Below are positions 59,453 to 64,000 of a stretch of DNA of 64,000 nt, one piece after another (position 1 is the stretch's first letter; each line of letters begins with the position of its first letter). The notes beneath the pieces were generated by a model. The model saw only the letters and a program-made list of their open reading frames with translations. It was not told the origin of the DNA and did no database searches. Both the position numbers and the translations under genes were made by a program. This DNA comes from Verrucomicrobiia bacterium (GTDB lineage Bacteria > Patescibacteriota > Saccharimonadia > Saccharimonadales > JAGQNK01): contig DATHJY010000011.1 in assembly GCA_035489575.1 (NCBI GenBank), positions 148,514 through 212,513 of the forward strand, read 5' to 3'.

Positions 59453-60942
59453 AAGACCCTCTTAAGCAAACCCTCCTGGCACGTGTCTATGATGTTGCCA
59501 CAGAGTCGCCGCTGCAGCGGGCCACCAAACTCAGCACACAAGTAGGTGCCGATGTCTATTTGAAGCGCGAGGACTTACAGCCCGTGCACTCCTTCAAGCT
59601 GCGTGGAGCCTACAACAAAATAGCCAGCCTCAGCCCCGCCGAAAGAGCCAAGGGTGTTATTGCGGCCAGCGCCGGCAACCATGCCCAAGGCGTAGCTCTG
59701 AGTGCTCAGAAACTCGGTATCCGGGCTCTCATAGTCATGCCTACCACTACCCCCAGCATCAAGGTAGATGCCGTCAAAAGCTACGGCGCCCAGGTAGAGC
59801 TGGTTGGCGACAGCTATTCTGACGCCTACGATCACTGCATGCAGCGGGTCAAAGAAACCGGCATGACTTTTGTACATCCCTTTGACGATCCACTGGTCAT
59901 AGCCGGGCAGGGAACTATCGGTCGCGAGTTGCTAGAGCAACTGCCAGATATGACCCATGTCTTTGTTCCTGTCGGTGGCGGGGGGCTCATCGCCGGTGTC
60001 AGTCAGTTCATAAAAGGTATCCGCCCAGATGTAAAAATCATCGGTGTCGAGCCCGAAGACAGCAATGCCATGCAGCAGTCGTTACAGGCCGGCAAGGTAG
60101 TCACCCTGGACCACGTAGGGATCTTTGCCGATGGCGTAGCTGTTAAGAGCGTTGGCCAGCTCACTTTCCAGATCACCCAGAAATATGTAGACCAGGTCAT
60201 CACCGTCAGTACCGATCAAATGTGTGCTGCCATCAAATCACTATTCGAGGATACTCGCAGCATTGTCGAACCAGCCGGTGCCCTAGCCGCAGCTGGCGTG
60301 CAACACTACAAGCTACCAAAGGACGCCAAGGCCGTAGCTATCTGTTCTGGTGCCAACGTCTCCTTTGAGCGCTTGCAGCAAATTGCCGAACGTACCCTGA
60401 TAGGCTCCGGCAAAGAAGCGTTGTTTGCCGTCACCATGCCTGAACAAGCTGGTGCCCTACACACCTTTTGCCAACAGGTGCTGAATGGCCATAGCATCAC
60501 TGAGTTCAATTATCGGCTCAACAAGCGCGAAGGTGCCCATGTATTGGTTGGTGTATCTGTAGCCAACGAAGCAGACAAGCTTGCATTCATGAAAAAGATG
60601 CAGCAAGATGACTACGAGCACATAGACTTATCAGGCGACGATATCGCCAAAGAGCACGTCCGGCACATGGTAGGGGGACCAGCTGATCAGGCTAAGTCTG
60701 AGCGCTTGTATCAGATCGACTTTCCGGAGCGACCGGGTGCCCTGGGCGGCTTCCTGGCCGCCGTTGGAACAGCCTGGAACATCAGCGCCTTTCACTACCG
60801 CAATGCGGCCAGTGACACCGGCAACGTATTGATAGGCTTCGAAGTAGATAACCCCACAAAGCTAGAGGACAAACTGTCCCAAGCAGGCTACCAATGGCGA
60901 AGCGTAGACCACAGTCCTTCACTTAAAGTATTTATTGAGTAA
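59449..60942 (+). CDS. ilvA: biosynthetic threonine dehydratase (with C-terminal regulatory domains)
   Basis: PLP-lysine motif LQPVHSFKLRGAYNK, the GGGGL loop and two ACT-like C-terminal repeats. Confidence 0.92.
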   Translation: MKDPLKQTLLARVYDVATESPLQRATKLSTQVGADVYLKREDLQPVHSFKLRGAYNKIASLSPAERAKGVIAASAGNHAQGVALSAQKLGIRALIVMPTTTPSIKVDAVKSYGAQVELVGDSYSDAYDHCMQRVKETGMTFVHPFDDPLVIAGQGTIGRELLEQLPDMTHVFVPVGGGGLIAGVSQFIKGIRPDVKIIGVEPEDSNAMQQSLQAGKVVTLDHVGIFADGVAVKSVGQLTFQITQKYVDQVITVSTDQMCAAIKSLFEDTRSIVEPAGALAAAGVQHYKLPKDAKAVAICSGANVSFERLQQIAERTLIGSGKEALFAVTMPEQAGALHTFCQQVLNGHSITEFNYRLNKREGAHVLVGVSVANEADKLAFMKKMQQDDYEHIDLSGDDIAKEHVRHMVGGPADQAKSERLYQIDFPERPGALGGFLAAVGTAWNISAFHYRNAASDTGNVLIGFEVDNPTKLEDKLSQAGYQWRSVDHSPSLKVFIE

Positions 60943-61183
60943 CCAAGGAACTAGCATGGCAAACGGAAGAATGTTAGAGAGATCGCCCATTGCAGAGAAT
61001 CGCAGAGCAATGCAAGACAGAGGGGTCGACCTGAGACGAGTTGAAGCGATGGCACTACATGCAGACCTTCAACACCAAAAAGAGCTGGCGCCGCCCGTCG
61101 GCCGCACCGCTCTGGACGGGGCAAAGATTCAACTCCCCAAGGAAGAGGAAGAACAGCCTACCGAACCCATAGACATTGTGTGA
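60935..61183 (+). CDS. hypothetical protein
   Basis: 82-aa ORF overlapping the ilvA end. No motif recognised. Confidence 0.3.
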   Translation: MSNQGTSMANGRMLERSPIAENRRAMQDRGVDLRRVEAMALHADLQHQKELAPPVGRTALDGAKIQLPKEEEEQPTEPIDIV

Positions 61184-61277
61184 TGTACTACCTAGAAAGC
61201 CCCTGGAACAAAACAAGTTTTTATGAGATAATATACACTTTCCTGTCCATCGATTTCCTCTAGGAGGATACGGAGTC

Positions 61278-61964
61278 ATGACTGACCCCCAGGAAAGCAC
61301 CCACACCCAGCCGAGCTTCTACATCGAGAACCCGGCGGACGATGCCAAGGCCAACGAGATCGTCGTGGTCTTCAGCTTCCAGCTGTTCGGCACCGAAATC
61401 AGCGCCATCCGCGCCTACGCCAGGCAGTTCGAGGGCTTCGGCAGCATCCACGAGCAGGAGGGCAGCACCCAGCTGACCTTCAATCTGCTACCGCAGTTCA
61501 ACTACACGGAGCAGCGTGACATCGTCGTCAAGGCCATAATGGCCAGCGTCGAAGGGATCGAGAAGATCGAGGAGCCGAAGGTCAAGAGGTACTTCATGCC
61601 GCTACTCAAGCGCGCCGTGCCCGATGTGCTGGCTCCCGAGGTCGTCAGTGGCCCGTGCTATAAGGTGCACAAGGGCGCCTATGCCGCCGCTCATCGTGTG
61701 ATCAGCTTGAGTGTCCGCATCACCGATGATCAGCACGAGCAGGTCAGCCAGATGCTCGATCGATCACCGGCGACCCGCCGCATCGACCCCTTCACCACGC
61801 AGTTCGTGGTCTTCTACAACGACGATCACTTCGTCGATGCCGGCCTGGAAGCACTGATCCACGAGACGGTGAAGAGCGTCTTCGGTGACGACATGACACT
61901 CGTATCCAACGACGCCCTCTTCGAGTCCACCGCCGTTCCGGCGAAGGAGCAGCCCGAGCAATAG
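61278..61964 (+). CDS. GC-rich hypothetical protein
   Basis: 228 aa. RBS TAGGAGGA. Extended -10 TGaGATAAT upstream. Strongly GC3-biased codons unlike the flanking rpl and ilv genes. Confidence 0.55.
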   Translation: MTDPQESTHTQPSFYIENPADDAKANEIVVVFSFQLFGTEISAIRAYARQFEGFGSIHEQEGSTQLTFNLLPQFNYTEQRDIVVKAIMASVEGIEKIEEPKVKRYFMPLLKRAVPDVLAPEVVSGPCYKVHKGAYAAAHRVISLSVRITDDQHEQVSQMLDRSPATRRIDPFTTQFVVFYNDDHFVDAGLEALIHETVKSVFGDDMTLVSNDALFESTAVPAKEQPEQ

Positions 61965-61973
61965 GGGTGCACT

Positions 61974-62068
61974 AGTCAGTGTGGGTAGGCAGGTACGAGC
62001 GCATCAGGATGTTTTTGCGGAATTTCCGTAAACCACCCCGATCCTCGCACCTGCCGCCCACACTGACT
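61974..62068 (+). repeat. long imperfect inverted repeat after the GC-rich ORF
   Basis: AGTCAGTGTGGGTAGGCAGGTACGAG (61974-99) pairs with CTCGCACCTGCCGCCCACACTGACT (62044-68). The loop is ~44 nt. Confidence 0.6.
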
Positions 62069-62297
62069 CCCTACATACAATTGACTTTTATTAACAGATA
62101 CGGTAAGCTCTCTTAGTTACCAAAGACAGCGACGGGCAACAGCCTTGATAATGTCGCCGAGGTGCAAACAATTCGTTTTTTGTTTTGTGAGCACGCTTAG
62201 AAGCTTCTTGGTAACAGGAAGCTTCTTTGGTTTCTTAAGCAAGGATTTACCGGTCGAGAGTCTTTGCTCAAACTCATAACAATAGGGAGAAGCATTA

Positions 62298-62822
62298 ATG
62301 GCTTTAACCAAAGATAAGAAAAATGAAGTCATCGATGAAGTCAGCAAACTGCTGGCCGACTCAAAGATGACCGTCGTAGCTGCTTACCAGGGTACTCCTG
62401 TAAAGGCTATGCAAGCACTCCGCCGCGAAGGCAAAAGTACTGGCACTCAGATGAAAGTCGTCAAGAACCGTTTGGTCATCAAGGCCATCCAGGGAACTGA
62501 CAACCTCAAAGATGTCGATACCAGCGCCCTGAACGGAATGCTTCTATACGCCTTTAACAACGAGGACGAGGTAGCACCTGCCCAAACACTGGCAAACTTT
62601 GCCAAAACCCAACCAACGCTTGCGTTTGTTGGCGCTTTTTCTGCAGAAGGCAAGTTCCTGAGTGCAGAAGAAGTAACCGCACTGGCTACACTGCCCAGCA
62701 AGAACGAGCTTATTGCTCAGGTTGTTGCAACGCTTCTGTCACCAGTCAACGACATCGTAGGCGCACTTTCAGGCAACCTACACGCCTTGTTGGATGGCAT
62801 CGAGGCTAAAGCCTCGGCTTGA
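62298..62822 (+). CDS. rplJ: 50S ribosomal protein L10
   Basis: MALTKDKKNEVIDEVSKLLADSKMTVVAAYQG. Preceded by a ~190-nt structured leader that includes the AGAAGCTTC/GAAGCTTCT hairpin at 62199-226. Confidence 0.9.
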   Translation: MALTKDKKNEVIDEVSKLLADSKMTVVAAYQGTPVKAMQALRREGKSTGTQMKVVKNRLVIKAIQGTDNLKDVDTSALNGMLLYAFNNEDEVAPAQTLANFAKTQPTLAFVGAFSAEGKFLSAEEVTALATLPSKNELIAQVVATLLSPVNDIVGALSGNLHALLDGIEAKASA

Positions 62823-62834
62823 GTGTGCGTGCAC

Positions 62835-62943
62835 GTTTAGGCGGCACATCTTGGGCGCAGATCTTGCGTCTGAGTCCTCACCGTACCAAGGTACGCCTCG
62901 GACTCAAGCCTCGATCCGCATCCCAACCTGCACTCGCCTAAAC
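62835..62943 (+). repeat. ~109-nt imperfect hairpin in the rplJ-rplL spacer
   Basis: GTTTAGGCG...TTGGG...GCAGATC...TGAGTCC pairs with GGACTCA...GATCCGC...CCCAA...CGCCTAAAC. Apical CGTACC-aa-GGTACG. Confidence 0.6.
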
Positions 62944-62989
62944 ATCCACTTCACAGTGGTAAATTGACAAGAAAACTAAGGAGATATAC

Positions 62990-63370
62990 ATGGCAACTGA
63001 TCTAAAGAAATTCGCAAAGGAACTGACAGAACTTACTGTTCTTGAAGTTAACGAACTAAAGACTATCCTGAAGGATGAATACGGCATCGAGCCAGCAGCA
63101 GCCGCTGTAGCAGTAGCCGGTCCAGCAGCTGGCGGCGACGCTCCAGCAGAGGACGCAAAGTCTGAATACGACGTCGTCCTGAAGGACGCCGGTGCTCAGA
63201 AAGTAGCAGTCATCAAGGCCGTTAAGGATCTAACCGGTCTGGGTCTGGGCGAAGCCAAGGCTGTCGTAGACGGCGTCCCAAAGACTGTTTTGGAAAAGGC
63301 AAAGAAGGAAGACGCAGAAGCCGCCAAGAAAGCCTTGGAAGAAGCTGGCGCAACTGTCGAACTAGCCTAA
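62990..63370 (+). CDS. rplL: 50S ribosomal protein L7/L12
   Basis: Ala-rich hinge and C-terminal domain [25 protein letters not shown]...[10 protein letters not shown]. Confidence 0.92.
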   Translation: MATDLKKFAKELTELTVLEVNELKTILKDEYGIEPAAAAVAVAGPAAGGDAPAEDAKSEYDVVLKDAGAQKVAVIKAVKDLTGLGLGEAKAVVDGVPKTVLEKAKKEDAEAAKKALEEAGATVELA

Positions 63371-63390
63371 GTTCGTCTCCATTCCAAAAA

Positions 63391-63414
63391 CCACTTCTTC
63401 GGAGGTGGTTTTTT
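63391..63414 (+). terminator. intrinsic terminator after rplL
   Basis: CCACTTC-ttcg-GAGGTGG followed by TTTTTT. Confidence 0.8.
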
Positions 63415-63494
63415 GGTTTGGCATTCAGTTTATTTCAGTAAGTAAAGTGTTATAATCCCGAAAAATAGTAGGCGCAGTATTGCGCAGGAATGGT

Positions 63495-64000
63495 ATGGAA
63501 ATATCCCCTGATATTGTTGTTTTGAGTGGCGGAAGTGGCGGTGCCAACCTGGCCCAGGGTCTTGTGGAAAACCTGGGACATAGAAGGCAGGCTATTATTG
63601 GCGCTACCTGGGACAACGGCGGTTCTACTGGTCTTCTAAGAGACCGCGCGCCCGAAGCTGTCGGCGATCTGCGCCGAATTATCGACGCCGTCGGTCAAGC
63701 CGACACCACCCACCTCAATACCCGTTTTTCTAGTCGCGATCTGTCAGAACTCGACGAGGCGGTAGCCCAGTTCGACCAGGTCGTCAGTGTGCCAGGCATG
63801 GCCGCCCGACAAGTGGGCCTGACCATAGACGCCGCCTACAGGGTAGGTCATGAGGTCAACAAAGCATCCCAAAGAGGTATAAGAGGGCACACACTGGGGA
63901 ACTTTATACTAGCGGGCCTCGCCCAAGAGCAGGGAATCTTAAGTGCCGTGAGAACCCTGAGCATTGCCGTACGCGCCCAAGCAGATATCTACCCAGCAGT
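63495..64000 (+). CDS. YvcK/CofD-like (UPF0052, gluconeogenesis-factor family) protein, 3' truncated by the window edge
   Basis: MEISPDIVVLSGGSGGANLAQGL...WDNGGSTGLLRD is typical of the family. Open to the end of the window, so absent from the ORF track. Confidence 0.7.
   Translation, partial: MEISPDIVVLSGGSGGANLAQGLVENLGHRRQAIIGATWDNGGSTGLLRDRAPEAVGDLRRIIDAVGQADTTHLNTRFSSRDLSELDEAVAQFDQVVSVPGMAARQVGLTIDAAYRVGHEVNKASQRGIRGHTLGNFILAGLAQEQGILSAVRTLSIAVRAQADIYPA

Noticed and set aside
62117-62347. 76-aa minus-strand ORF
   Set aside because: It overlaps the rplJ leader and start codon and has an implausible composition.
63425-63616. 63-aa minus-strand ORF
   Set aside because: It lies antisense to the well-supported yvcK-like N-terminus (VVLSGGSGGAN...DNGGSTG) and has no RBS.
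1-64000. Search for CRISPR arrays, DGR template/variable repeats, IS elements, integrases, prophage genes and rRNA
   Set aside because: I found no regularly spaced direct repeats. I also found no reverse transcriptase, transposase or integrase motifs, and no rRNA-like sequence, on either strand.
1-64000. Alternative genetic code (UGA recoding, as in some candidate phyla)
   Set aside because: TGA cleanly terminates recognisable genes at their expected ends (ridA at 55936-38, P2 at 34834-36). Conserved proteins show no in-frame TGA.

Overview
This 64-kb window is bacterial chromosome with roughly balanced GC by eye. It uses the standard code: TGA, TAA and TAG all end recognisable genes. No rRNA, CRISPR array, transposase, integrase or reverse transcriptase was recognised. 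Gene content is monoderm-like (LPXTG-anchored protein, PBP4, PG-binding protein, Lnt-like acyltransferase), with many small Nudix, MFS and hypothetical genes. That fits a reduced-genome Patescibacteria/Saccharibacteria-like or other Gram-positive-type lineage, which I cannot verify without a search.

Recognisable blocks in order:
- MOSC protein and purF
- tRNA-Thr and rpmG
- an alpha-glucan operon on the minus strand (GT4, GH57, GH15)
- idi, a secreted GH30+CBM enzyme, dacB, a metC-like lyase, an ABC-F ATPase, a PfkB kinase and an IMPase
- tRNA-Trp
- a GDPD phosphodiesterase
- secE-nusG, then three tandem sigma-70-family paralogs, then rplK-rplA
- a dTTP-synthesis operon ending in a Tmk-ThyX fusion
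- ridA-ilvB-ilvN, a proB-like kinase and ilvA
- rplJ-rplL and a truncated yvcK-like gene

The most interesting signals are not in the ORF track:
1. Four short leader ORFs are enriched in the cognate amino acid: Leu run, LVIEVVIL, TIIAII and SPPCPLPL. Each has alternative hairpins and an intrinsic terminator, and they sit in front of the ilv and proB-like genes. This looks like a set of ribosome-mediated attenuators, several apparently on leaderless or near-leaderless transcripts.
2. A duplicated GC-rich cassette at 34.2-35.7 kb encodes three paralogous ~105-aa proteins of unknown function. Two copies of a ~125-nt structured 5' leader show compensatory base changes, and near-identical 17-18-bp terminators follow the genes.
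3. Several strongly GC-rich, GC3-biased ORFs sit behind canonical AT-rich promoters.
4. Three sigma paralogs, each with a -10 box 6-7 nt from its ATG, interrupt the conserved secE-nusG-rplKAJL cluster.

All functional calls rest on motifs I recognised by eye. No database search was possible.
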